A stretch of 27,133 nt of DNA from a virus (IMGVR_UViG_3300030119_000664:1-27133), one strand, 5' to 3'. Positions 8,208-20,900 are shown, counted from the first letter of the stretch. Made by a program: numbers and translations. The notes: generated from the letters alone by a model not told the origin.

Positions 8208-8947
8208 TGGGCCTTGGGCGCGTACTCGGCCATGCAATGATGGGCTACGGCAAGGGCAAGGCCCTCGTTGCGCAGAGCGAAATGGAGGCGCAGGCGGCCG
8301 AGGTCGAGAACAAGCGCCGCATCGCGCTCGAGAACCTGCGCGCGCAGAACGATTCGACCGCGCGCCGCGAGACGGCCGACCTCAACGATCGGAACGATGC
8401 GCGTTCGACCGAGCGCAGCTTGAGCACTGATCTAGTGAAGCTCGACGCGCAGGAGGAAGTGACGGCGCGCACCGATAACCGGCGCCACGCGCAGGACAAG
8501 GAAATCACCAACATCACCTCGAGCCTGCGCCGCGCGGAAACCGCCGAGCAGCTGAAACTGGCCGACAAGCTCGATCGCGCCGCAAAGGCTGGCGACGTGC
8601 ATGCCGTCGAAGTGGACGGAGCGACCGGCGAGAAGGTGATTGTCTACCGCAACGGTAAGCGCGAGCGCACCGGCATCATGGCTACCCAGCGCGAACTTAC
8701 CGGCAGCGGGGGTAGCTCGGTCGGCTCGAGCGCTCTGGATCTGGCGCGCAGCGGCGGCGGCCTTGGCTCGCCTCGCCCTGCGCCAGCGGCATCGACCGCA
8801 CCCACGACCAAGCCGAACGCCCAGCAGACGGGCGGCAAAACCTACACCATGGCCGACGCGCAGGCGACGGCGAAGCAGCACGGGGTATCTGTGGAAGACG
8901 TCCATAAGCGCATGCGCGAGGCGGGTTACCGCCTGGCCGGTCAATAA
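8207..8947 (+). CDS. Putative ejection/internal virion protein (246 aa)
   Basis: TGATG-coupled start and TAATG-coupled to the giant gene. Gly-rich N-terminal helix followed by a charged coiled-coil region. Confidence 0.7.
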   Translation: MGLGRVLGHAMMGYGKGKALVAQSEMEAQAAEVENKRRIALENLRAQNDSTARRETADLNDRNDARSTERSLSTDLVKLDAQEEVTARTDNRRHAQDKEITNITSSLRRAETAEQLKLADKLDRAAKAGDVHAVEVDGATGEKVIVYRNGKRERTGIMATQRELTGSGGSSVGSSALDLARSGGGLGSPRPAPAASTAPTTKPNAQQTGGKTYTMADAQATAKQHGVSVEDVHKRMREAGYRLAGQ

Positions 8948-11900
8948 TGCCCCGCGATCTGTTCGCCGAGATTGGCGATTCCCCCAAGCCCGCCAGCAGC
9001 ACCAGCACTGGCCGCGACCTGTTCGCCGAGCTCGACGCAGCGCCTCCCGTGAAAAAGCCGGGTTTCGTCGAGCGCGCGGGCGATTTTGTCACCTCCACCC
9101 TGGGCGGCGTCTCGCAAACCATGCTCGACAATGCGAGCAGCGGCACGTTTCGCCGCGATGCTGCGCAGGAAGACGGAGTGCTCGACCGGCTCGGCTCGCT
9201 CGTGGAACGCGGCGGGGCGGCCGTTGATCAGGGGCTCTACAACTTCATCAGCGCGACCACCGGCAGCAAGGAAGCGGCCCGGCGCGCCCAGATCCTCGAG
9301 GAAGGCACGACCGGGCAAGAGGTGGCCGGTCAGACGCGTTTCGACGATGTGACCGGGCTGGGAAGCTATGGCGCGTTCGTTCTCGATAGCGCGGCCGAGT
9401 CCCTTCCCGGCATGGTCACCGCAGCGGCGCCTGTCGCTGGCTTGCCCATCCTCGGCACGAGCATCACGGGCGACCTTGCGCAGGAGCGCGCGCAGAACGA
9501 CGGGCGGGAAGACGCAACCGGCAGCGACGTCCTGAAAGCAGCGCCGTTCGGCTATGGCTCGGCGGCGCTCGAACGCCTTGGCGTAAAAATCGCGGGCGGC
9601 GCGGCTGGCAAGATGCTCGGCAAGGCGACCACCTCGCGCATCGGCCAAGCGGCGACCTCCACGGCCGCGCGCCGGATCGGCACCGCGGCGGCGGGCGAAG
9701 CTGCTACCGAATACGCGCAAGGCATGGTCGAAAGCGCGGGCGGCACGCTCGGCACCGAAAAGGGCTTCGACATTGCCGAAGCCAACCGGCAGGGCATCGA
9801 AGGCGCCGCAGCCGGGTTCGGCATCGGCGGCGCATTGCGTGGCGGCCGCGAGATTGTCGATGGTGCAGGCCGCTTGCGCAGCCGCAAGGCTGAGGACAAT
9901 CGCCGCGCTGCGCCCGGGAAGGTAGAAACCGCGCTCGAGGCGAACGCGGTCCCGACGCAGGAAGACATAGAAAGCCCGCTTGACACGGGCGACATTGCCG
10001 CCGGGCGCGCGGGCATCGCCGTGGCGCAGGCCGAGAACGAGGTTTCGCGCGAGTTCGAGGCGCTGGGCCTGCCCGAGGTGGGCGCAAGCGTCCTCGTCAA
10101 CGACCCCGAGACGGGCACAGCGCGCGGCACGCTGGTTGATCGCTTCACCGCCGACGACGGCACAGGCGTCGTGATCGAGCTCGAGGACGGCACGAAGCTG
10201 CGCGAGTACGACGACGTGCTCGCCGACGTCGGCGTTACCATCACACCGGCTGACCCGCTGGCCGAGGCCGACGCGATCGACGCGCGCCTCGCCGCGCGCG
10301 CGCAGGCCGCCCTTCAAGATCCTGCCGGCGGTGAGGGTTCTTCCTCTCCCCTCTCCCCGCCGGAAGGTGCCCCGCCGTCGCCGACGAGCGACACCGCGCC
10401 GGCCCCAAGCGGCCCGGTGTCGGACGGCGGGGCAATCGTTCGTTCGATCTTCGGCGACAAGGCCCGCATCACGTCGGGCTACCGCGGGCCCGATCACCCG
10501 CTCTCGAAGAAGAACCCGAACAGCTGGCACGCCAAGAGCCGCGCCGCGGTGGACATGGCGCCCATCCCGGGCATGTCCTTTGCCGAGGCGAAGGCGGCGA
10601 TCGAGGCGCAGGGCTACACGCTGATCGAAGCGATTAACGAGGTGGGCAAGGGCCGCACCAAGCACGCGACCGGCGATCACTGGCATTTCGTGATCGGCAA
10701 AGGCGGTAGCGGCGCACCCGTGACCGGCAACGCGCCTGCCCAGGGTGGCGGGCTCGGTATGGGCCGTGCGCGCGAGGACGCGCCAACCATTGAGGATTCC
10801 GACAAGGTTGGGCCCGAACCGCTCGCCATGCCCGAACCCACGCGCGAGCCGATTGCGACCCGTGGCCGCGAGCCCGACGCGCAGCCGGATCCTGCCGACC
10901 GCGATACGGCCGTCACCGTCACCGGCCGCGAGATTGGCGTAGAGTACCGGCTTGCCGAGCTCGACGACCTCACCGCGTCGAACACCCCCGACGGGGCGGT
11001 CAATCCGCGCTATCCCAAGGAGCGCCAGCCCCGCGACCGCAGCCGTGCCGCCTCGCTCTCGCAGGTGGAGAACATCGCGGGCAATCTCAATCCGCGCTTG
11101 CTCGGCCGCAGCCCCAAGGCCGCCGACGGTGCGCCGATCGTCTCGCCCGATGGCGTGGTCGAAAGCGGCAACGGGCGCACGCTGGCGCTGCAGAAGGTCT
11201 ACGAGGGCAACGCCGACCGCGCGGCCGCCTATCGCCAGTTCCTCGAAGCCGAGGGCTTCAACACCGAGGGCATGAACAAGCCGGTGCTCGTGCGCGTGCG
11301 CGATGGGAACCTGGCCGAGGAAGACGTGCAGGCATTCGTGCGCGAGGCGAACGCCCGCGACACGGCCGGCATGTCGGGCACCGAGACGGCCGCAAGCGAT
11401 GCGGACGCACTGCCGGGCAGCTTGCTCGACCTGTTCCGCGGCGGCGACATCGACGCGGCGGGCAACCGCGATTTCGTGCGCGGCTTCATGCAGGCGCTCG
11501 TGCCCGAGAACGACCGGGCGAACCTTGTGCTCGCCGACGGCACCATTGCGGGCTCGCTTATCAAGCGTATCGAGAGCGCGCTTCTCGTGCGCGCTATCGG
11601 CCCGCGCGCCTTCATCGAGAAGCTGGTGGACGGCAAGGCCGAGAACATCGCTTCGATCGGCAAGGCGCTCATTGATGTGTCGGGACCGCTCGCCCAGCTG
11701 CGCGAAGCAGCCAAGAGCGGCGCCGTCGATGCGTCGATGGATATTTCCGAGAACATCGCCGAGGCAGTCGAGATTATCGACAAGGCCCGGCGCGAGAAGC
11801 GCAACGTGTCGGATCTCATCAATCAGAGGGACGTATTCAGTGGTGAAGCAGTGGCTCCACTCACCGAAGCGGTGCTTCACCTGTTCTTCAACGGGCCCCG

Positions 11901-14900
11901 CTTCTCCCGGCCGGCTGGGCGCGAGCGCATCGCGCAGCGGCTCGGCTTCTACATCGAGCAGGCTGAAAAGGCGGCGCCGGGCGGCGGACTGTTTGGCGAA
12001 TCGACAAAGGCGCAGCCAGGCGATATACTCGGCCTAGCCAATGAAAAAGACCGCGCACCATCCGACGGCGACCAAGCCGACCTCCTCGCAGCCCGACCCG
12101 GCGAAAGCGAGCGCGATGGCCGTGATGGCGCAGACGTTCGCGCGGACGGCCGAGACGGCGCAGAGCAGCGCGGAGAAGGCGCACTTCCGCAATCTGGCGA
12201 ACAAGGCGCAAGCGAAGACTTAGCACCTTCGAGCGCCGCCGACCGCATCGCTGCAAACCCCGAGCGCTTCCTTGGCTCTCTCGACGACGACACGCTGAAC
12301 AAGGTCGGTAAGGCCGTCGGCGTGCGCCGCGGGAAGCGAACCCGCACCGGGTTCATCGAAGCGATATTCGACACCGCCGGCACCCCGCGCTTGCGCGAGG
12401 TTGTGCCCGGCATCGTGGGCGGGGCGCCCGAGGTTACGCCGAGCCCTTCGCCTGCCCGTGAAAGCGGGCCGCGACTGAATACCGAGCGCAGCGCTGATCC
12501 CAAGTTTCCCGGCTCGATCGAGCAAATGCCCGGCAAGCGGAAGCTCAAGGAGTATTACACTCAGGGATGGAATGCCGCCGAGAGCGGTTGGAGCATCGAG
12601 GACAATCCTTATCTCGAAACGTCTCGCGTTTGGGAGGAATGGCGCAAGGGCTTCGGCAGTAGCGATAAGGTCGAAACTGCAGCGGTGCGCAAGGTTCGTC
12701 TCGGCCAAGCGGAACCCCCCACTTCCACACCTACCCCCACCACACCTTCGCAAGGTGGGGAAGCTGAACCTGTAACGACCGCTTACACGTTGAGCACGAG
12801 CAAAAGCGGCAAGGGCCTTGAGCTCCGCGGCGCGAGCGATGCGCAGGTGGCAGCGATCAAGGCGGCCGGTGTGCCGATTCCTCCCGCGAAGAAGGATGGC
12901 ACGCTCGTATTCTCCAAGAAGCGCGAGGCCGACGTGCGCGGCGCGCTGGAAGTGGCGGCGCAGCCCACCGATAGCGTTGCGGCGATGCTCCGCGAGGCGA
13001 ACGCGGATATGCCCGAGGGTTACCGCCTCGAGCGCGACCGCGAAGGCGCCTATGTCCTCATGGGGCCGGGAGGCACGGTCAGCGCACCGGGCGGCGGCAA
13101 GTTCGGCGCCCCTGGCCTCTACGACGCCAAGAGCTTCCGCGCGATGGCGGCAAAGGCGAGGGTTCGGGCAAAGGACGTCGAAAGCAAGATCACGCGCGCG
13201 CGATCAAAACCCGATCAAGAACCGCGCGAACGCCCGACCGAAGCACAGCTTTCGCGGCAATCTTGGACCTCTGATTTTGCCGCGGCGGGCGAACGCATGC
13301 GTGAACGCCTCGATGCGGTGGATCCGAACAGCCTGCGCCCCATGCTTGAGGCGATGGCGGAAGGTCGCCCGATCGTCGGCGACGGCGACGTAATCGAAAC
13401 GATCAACCCGCACCGCGCCTACGAGCTCGGCTATATCAAGTTGGACGTGGCCGAGGACGGGCGCCGCTCTTTCTCGATCACCGACACCGGCCGCGATTTC
13501 CTTGCGGGCAAGAAGACCGTCGCAGGCAAGGGCCAGATCGGCGAGAACGCCAACGGCGAGCCCGTGTTCGAGGACGAGAACGGGGTGCGCTCCGTGGTCG
13601 AGACGATCGACGGGGCGCGCATCCGCCTGACCGAAAGCGTGGGGATCGTGCCCGGCCGCGGCACATACGTGGACGTCAGCCGCAGGTGGGATAAATACAA
13701 GACCACCAGCGAGCTAGGTGCCGAGCGTGCCGACAAGGAGCGCCGCGTTGGCGAGGAATACGACGCTCTCGCCAATCGGATGCAGCGCGCCAAGCAGGAG
13801 CTCGACGCATTCGGCGACGAGCAGACCAGCACCTACAAGGGCGGGCCGATCAAGACCCGCGAGCGCACCATCAAGAAGGTCGTGAACGAAGAAGGTTATC
13901 GCAGCGCGACCGACCTCAAGGATCTAGCGCGCGGCGCGTTCATGGTTGAGACGCAGGCCGAAGCCGAGAAGCTGGCAGCAGCGATCACCGAACGCTTCAA
14001 TGTCGTACAGGACAAGGGCTGGAAACGCCTCAGCACCGGCTACGCCGACCACAAGATGATCGTCGAAATCGACGGGCTCAAGGCTGAAATACAGATCGTG
14101 CCGGCGGTCCTGTGGGATGCGAAAAAGAACGCGGGCGGCAACGCCATGTACCGCGAGCAGCGCGGCGATAATGGGCCGGTGACGGAAGATCGCTTTGCCG
14201 AGCTAGAGCGGCAGCAGCAGGAGCTTTACGCGCGCGTGCTCAACGGGACGGACTTCGCCCGGTTTGCAAGCTCATCGAAATCGGCTTCCGGAAACTCGGC
14301 CTCGGCGGCTTCGCGTGATAGCGGCGAGCCTTCCTTGGTGGCAAGCCCAGGGGCCTCCGCCCAAACGCCGTCCTCGCGCCAGACCAGCGCCAGCGGCGGG
14401 TTGATCGAGAACACGGCGACGAGCCGAAACTCTACCTCTTTGAATGATGGTGACTTGTCCATATCGGACAATGTAAGCGCGGACGACGGCGCGCGCAAGG
14501 GTGTTAACCCGTCGCCGAACCGTCTCGTGTCCGACGAGCGCGCCGCCGAATTGCGCGCGCGGCTGCGCGAAAAGCTCAACCCGAACCGCCTCAATGCCGG
14601 GATCGACCCCGAGCTTCTGGCGATCGGCACCGAGCTTGCCGTCTACCACATCGAGAAGGGCGCCCGCCGGTTCACCGCGCTATCGCGTGCGATTGCTGCC
14701 GACATTGGCGTCGAGCTCGACTCCGTGCGCAAGTATCTGCGCGGTTGGTACAACGGCGCGCGCGACATGATGGAGGACAGCGGCGAGAGCGTTGCCGGGA
14801 TGGACGACGCCGATGAAGTCGGCCGCGCGATGCGCACATTTGCGGATTGGGCGAATGATGCTACACTGCCCGCCGATGCTGACGTTTCGGACAGACTATC

Positions 14901-17900
14901 ACAAGGCGATGAACGCCCAGGCGCCGAAGATGGCGAGCGAGCTCCGCAAGACGGGGGCGCTGAACGCGCACCTCGACAAGAAGGAAGCGGAAGCGCGGGC
15001 TCTCTTTTCGACTTTGACCAAGGACGCGCCGACGGTGGAGGGCAGCGGAGTGCTGGCCGACCCGCAGACGGAAGCGCTGGCGACCGAGCAGGTGTACGCG
15101 ACACTGATCGCGTTCCCGCCGACGGACGCACCGGAGCGCGAGCCGAGCGAACCGGAGCCCCTGCCAGCAGCGTAAAGGGCAAGGACTGGCTCATTGAGCC
15201 GGGCAGCCTCGCAGAATCGCGCAAGCCTGCCGAGAAGGCACGCGACAACCTCGAAGCAATCCGCACCGTCAAGCGCGTGAAGGCCGAGGGCCGCGCCGCG
15301 ACCCGCGAGGAACAGGCGCTTATCGCGCACTATGTCGGATGGGGCGGCCTGAAAAACGCCTTCCCCGATGCGCAGGGCCAGTACGGCAAGGGCTTCGAGC
15401 AAGTCGGGCCCGCGCTGCGCGAGCTTCTGACGGATAGCGAATACGAAACCGCGCGCCGCTCGATCCAGTACGCCCACTATACCGGCGAAACCGTCGTGCG
15501 TTCGATGTGGGACATGGCGCACCGTCTCGGCTTCCGCGGCGGGCAGGTGTTTGAGCCCGGCATGGGCACCGGCAATTTCCGCGGCATGATCCGCCCCGAC
15601 CTTCTGGGTGCAACCAGCTATTCCGGCCTCGAGTACGACCACCTCACCGCGGATATTGCCTCGCTGCTCTATCCGCAAAGCGGCGTGCGCCAGGCTGACT
15701 ACACCGCGACCCCGATGCTGCGCGACATAGCTGACCTTGTAATCGGCAACCCGCCGTTCTCCGAGACGGCAATCTCGAGCGACAAGGAGCTCGGCAAACA
15801 CAAGTTCATGCTGCACGATTTCTTCTTTGCGAAGTCGATCGAAGCGGTGAAACCGGGCGGTCTGCTCATGTTCGTCACCAGCGCGGGCACCATGAACAAG
15901 GTGAACAGCAAGGCGCGCGACTATCTGGCCGACCGTGCCGACCTCGTGGGCGCGATCCGCCTGCCGGGCAACGCGTTCAAGGAGAACGCGGGCACCGAAG
16001 TTACGACCGATATTGTCATTCTGCGCAAGCGCGAGCCCGGCACCGAAGCCGCCGATCGCTCGTGGACCGAGGTTGCACCCGTGTCGCTGCCCGACCGCGA
16101 CGGCAACACCGTCCAGGGCAACGTCAACCGCTACTTCATCGACAACCCCGACATGGTGCTGGGCGAACAGGGCATGTTCGACAAGCTCGTCGCGGGCGCG
16201 CGCTATGCCGTTCGCGCACCGGCCGGGTTCGATCTGGCCGCAGCCATGGCGCAGGCCATGGACAGACTGCCGGCCGCCGACACGACCAACGCGCCCCGCG
16301 CGCAAAGCGAGGCAGCAGTCAAGTTTGACTTGACCACTGACGAGCGCAAGGAAGGCTCGTTCTACATCGGCGAGAACGGCACGCTCATGCAGCTGCGCAG
16401 CGGCGCAGGCGTACCTGTGCAGGCGCCGGGCAAGGGCGTGAAGGGCGGTATCTCGAAGGCCAATCAGGCGCGCATCAAGAAGCTGATCCCCATTCGGGAC
16501 AGCCTGCGCGCGGTCTACGCCGCCGACCTGGCCGAAAACGATGCGGACGCGGCGGCAGCGCGCAAGGCGCTCAATGCCGCATACGATGGGTTCGTGCGCG
16601 AGTTCGGGCCGATCAATCAGACGACCACGACTGCCCGCGCGCCGAGCGTGGTGCAGATCGAAAGCGCCCGTGCGCAGGCCCGCGAGGAAGCGCGGCTTGC
16701 CGGAACCGAGTGGAACGAAGGCAGCTTCGACGTCGAGCCCTATCTCGAGCGCAATGCGCCGCTCGCTGAAATCGCCCGGGCCCGCAAGGCCGCGCGCGAG
16801 GATGCGAAGGACGCTGGCCGCACATGGGACGAAGGCACCTTCGACCCCGAGGAAGTGCCCGACACGATCATCGAGAAGCGCCCGAACCTCGACGCGTTCA
16901 TGGCCGACGAGGAAGCCTATCGGCTTGCTGCGATCGAGCATTACGACAAAGACACCGGCAAGGCGGCGAAGGGCCGGATCTTTACGCAGAGCGCGGTGCG
17001 CCTGGACAAGGAACCCGAAATCGGCGGCGCGGAAGACGCGCTGCTCTACTCGCTCAACCGCTTCGGCCGCCCCGATGTAGGCTTCATCGCCGACAAGGCC
17101 GGGCTCTCGGAAGACGAGGTGCTCGACAAGCTGGCCGATCGGCTATTCGAGGTGCCCGGTGCGCCCGGCACCTACGAGACGGCCGAGGTCTATCTGTCGG
17201 GCAATGTCCGCGACAAACTGGCTGTGGCGCAGGAAGCGGCCGCGAGCAATTCCTCGCTGGCGCGCAATGTCCGCGCGCTCGAGGCGGTGCAGCCCGCGCC
17301 GCTCGCCCCGTCGGAAATCCATGCGAAGCTAGGCATGCCGTGGATCCCGCAGGAGGTGATTGAGCAGTTCGGCACCGAACGGCTGGGCCTGCGCAAGCTG
17401 CAGGTGAAATACACCCCGGCGGTGGCGCAATGGCTGGTGGGCGGCGATAGCTCGTCGAGCGCATCGCTCGCCGATTGGGGCACCGATCGCTATGCGGCCA
17501 CGAAACTGATCGAGGCTGCGCTCAACCGCCAGACGCCCAAGGTCTATGACCGGGACAGCGACGGCAAGCGCATCTTCAACGACGTCGCCACCCAGGCCGC
17601 GCAGGACAAGATGAACGCCATCAAAGCGGCGTTCGCTGAATGGATATGGACCGACGAGACGCGCACCGCCGAGCTCGTCGAGCTCTACAACCAGCAGTAT
17701 AATTCGCTTATCGCGCCCGAGTTCGACGGCTCGTACCTGACGACGCCGGGCATCAACCCGCAATGGAAGTGGCGCCCGCACCAAGGCTCGGTGATCGCGC
17801 GCATCATCCAGACCGGCAACACATACATGGCGCACGAGGTCGGCTCGGGTAAGACGTCGGCCATGATCGGCGCGGGCATGGAAATGCGCCGCCTTGGGCT

Positions 17901-20900
17901 CGTCAACAAGCCGATGTATGTCGTGCCGAACCACATGCTCGGCCAGTTCACCAAGGAGTTCTACGAGCAGTACCCGCTGGCGAAGATCCGCGTTGCCGAC
18001 GAGACGCGTTTCCACACCTCGCGCCGCAAGGAGTTCATCGCTTCGATCGCGGCCGACGACCTCGATGCGGTTATCATCACGCACAGCGCGTTCGGCTATA
18101 TCCCCATGTCGGAAGAGTTCACCGACCGGATGGTCGAGGAACAGATTGCCGAGCTCGAAAGCGTTCTCTCCGAGCTCGATACGCAGGACGACCGGATCAC
18201 GCGCCGCAACATCGAGCAGCGCAAGGAGCAGCTGGAACAGAAGATCAAGGGCAAGTCCAAGAAGGGCGATCAGGTCTTCACCTTCGAGGAAACCGGCGTC
18301 GATTTCCTGTTCGTCGATGAGGCACACCTGTTCCGCAAGCTCGACTATGCGACGAAGATGGGCAACGTGAAGGGCATCGACCCGAACGGTTCGGCCATGT
18401 CCTTCGACCTGTTCGCCAAGACCCGCTACCTCGAGAAGAAGAAGCCCGGTCGCAATCTCGTGCTCGCATCGGGCACCCCGATCACGAACACCATGGCCGA
18501 GCTCTACAGCGTCTCGCGCTACCTGCAGGAAGGCGAGCTTAAAGCGCGTGGACTCGGGCACTTCGACGCCTGGGCGGGTGCTTACGGCGATACCGTCACC
18601 GCGCTCGAGCAGGATCCGGCGGGCGGCTACAAGCCGATCACCCGCTTCGCGCAGTTCGTGAACGTCCCCGAATTGTCGGTGATGGTGCGGCAGGTGATGG
18701 ACGTCGTGAGTGCGGCCGACCTCCGCAAATACGTCACCCTGCCTGCGCTCAAGGGCGGCGCGCGCCAGACCGTTATTGTCGAGCAGACCGACCTGCAGGA
18801 AGACTACCAGTACACGCTCAAGATGCGCATGGAAGCAATCCAGCAGCGCCGCGGGCCGCCGAAGCCCGGCGATGATATTCTTCTCTCGGTCATTGGCGAC
18901 GGCCGCAAGGCGGCGATCGACTATCGCCTTGTCTCGCCCGGCGCGAAGCGCGAGGCGGGTTCCAAGCTCGAGGTGATGATCGACCGCGTGTTCGAACGCT
19001 GGGAAGCGTTCAAGGACGTGACGTTCCACGAGCCGCTTCCCCCGGGGCAGGGGTACTCGCAGGAGGTCGCGTTCCGCGGCGCGGCTACGCAGATGGTCTT
19101 CTCCGACTTCGGCATCAACGGCGACTTCCCGGTTCACAAATACATCAAGCAGACCCTCGTGGCGCGCGGTGTGCCGGCCAATCAGATCGCGCTGATTTCC
19201 GATTACAAGAGCCATGTGCAGAAGCAGCGCCTGTTCAACGACATGAACGAGGGCAAGGTGCGCGTGCTCATCGGCTCGGTCGCCAAGATGGGTACTGGCG
19301 TCAACGCGCAGAAGCGCCTGCGCGCGGTGCACAATATGGACCCGCAGTGGTATCCGGCGAACGACACCCAGCGCAACGGCCGCATCATTCGCCAGGGCAA
19401 TATGAACCCCGAAGTCGAGATCCTCGATTACTCGACCAAGGGCACATACGATTCGCAGATGTGGAACCTGATGGCCAAGAAGGCCAAGTTCATCGAGGGT
19501 TTCATGCGCGGTGACCCCAACATGCGCGACATGGAAGACCTGGGCGAAGCCAGCCAGTACGAGCAGGCGCAGGCCATGACGACCAGCGACCCGCGTGTGA
19601 TGCAACTGACCGAGTGGAAGCAGGAGCTCGAGCAGATCCAGCGCCGCAAGGCAGCGCACGAGCGCGAGCAGCATTCGCTGCGCAAGGACATTGAGCTTTC
19701 CGAGTTCCGCCGCGATGGCGCGAACGCGCTCATTCCGCTGATCGAGCAGGACATTGCCGCGCGCGATGTGCCGCCGACCGACGCCTTCACCGGCACGATC
19801 AATGGCGAGACGTTCGACGAGCGCGTGCCCTTTGGCGAGGCAATTCAGCAAGCGCTGTTCGACCTCATCGTCAACGCCAACGGCAAGGCCATGAACCGCA
19901 CGATCGGCGAATATGCAGGCTTCCGCCTCGAAGGCGCGACCAAGCCGGGCATCGACGGGCCGACGCGCGAGGTGCGCATCCTGCGCGCGGGCAAGCGCTA
20001 CTCGAGCGTGAACGTCTCCGAAGACCCGTCGGGCATGGTGTCGCGCCTTACCAATGCCGTCGGCAAGTTCGACCGCGAGCTTGAGGAAGAACAGCGCGTG
20101 GTCGCCCGCGCGGAAGATCGCATCGCCGATTACACGCCCAAGCTGGGCAAGACCTTCGACGACGGCGGCCGGATGGCCGAGCTCGATCGCCAGATCCGCG
20201 CGGTCGAGGCAACGCTCAAGCAGGAAACGGCCGATCGGGAGAAGGCGCGTAGGGGCGCCAAAGACAGCATCCCCGAAGACGATCTGTTCGCCCCGGCGCA
20301 GCCCGAACGCTCGATGACGCAGCGCCAGCGCGCCGAGCTCGATGCACGCCAGAAGCAGGGCATGGCCCGGCGCGGGGGCCAGCAGGGACTAGGCGATCAG
20401 GACGGCGGCCTGTTCTCGAGCGAGCGTGACCAAGACAGCCTGTTCTATATGGGCGAGAACCTGCCGGATTATCCGACGGTCACGCTGCGCGAGCAGGAAT
20501 GGGGCCCGCTTCCCAAGCGCGCCAACACCCGCTTTGCCGCCCTGAAAAAGCGCGCAGTCGCGTTCTACCGGAACAAGCTCGCCGGGCAGACGGTGACCGC
20601 GAGCGATGGGCGCAAGATCCAGTTCAGCCGCAACGGCGCGCGCAACATGATCTCCAAGAGCGGCGACCGCCTGCTTCTGACGGTTCGCGCCCTGCCCAAG
20701 ATGCTCGAGCGCGGCCGGTATCTGTATTCGGAGCCTGCGCGGATGGAGGACCGCCGGCAGGTCAAGGCGTTCCACCGCTACGGCGTCAACGTCCGCTTGA
20801 GCAATGGCGACATTATCCCGACGATCGTGCTCGTGCGCGAGGCGCCCAACGGCGCTTTCTACTATTCGACCCAAGAGTGGAGTAATGCCCCGGACGCTCC

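Noticed and set aside
8941-11880. Long minus-strand ORFs opposite the giant gene (979, 680, 840, 395, 423 aa) and 5110-6666
   Set aside because: These are codon-aligned antisense shadows expected from high-GC3 genes. They have R/H/V/L-biased composition, no recognisable motifs and no start signals that I could find.
15200-19500. Host restriction-modification or defence system (MTase plus helicase)
   Set aside because: The domains are fused within a phage virion-operon protein with no nuclease or specificity subunits, which fits a DarB-like phage protein.
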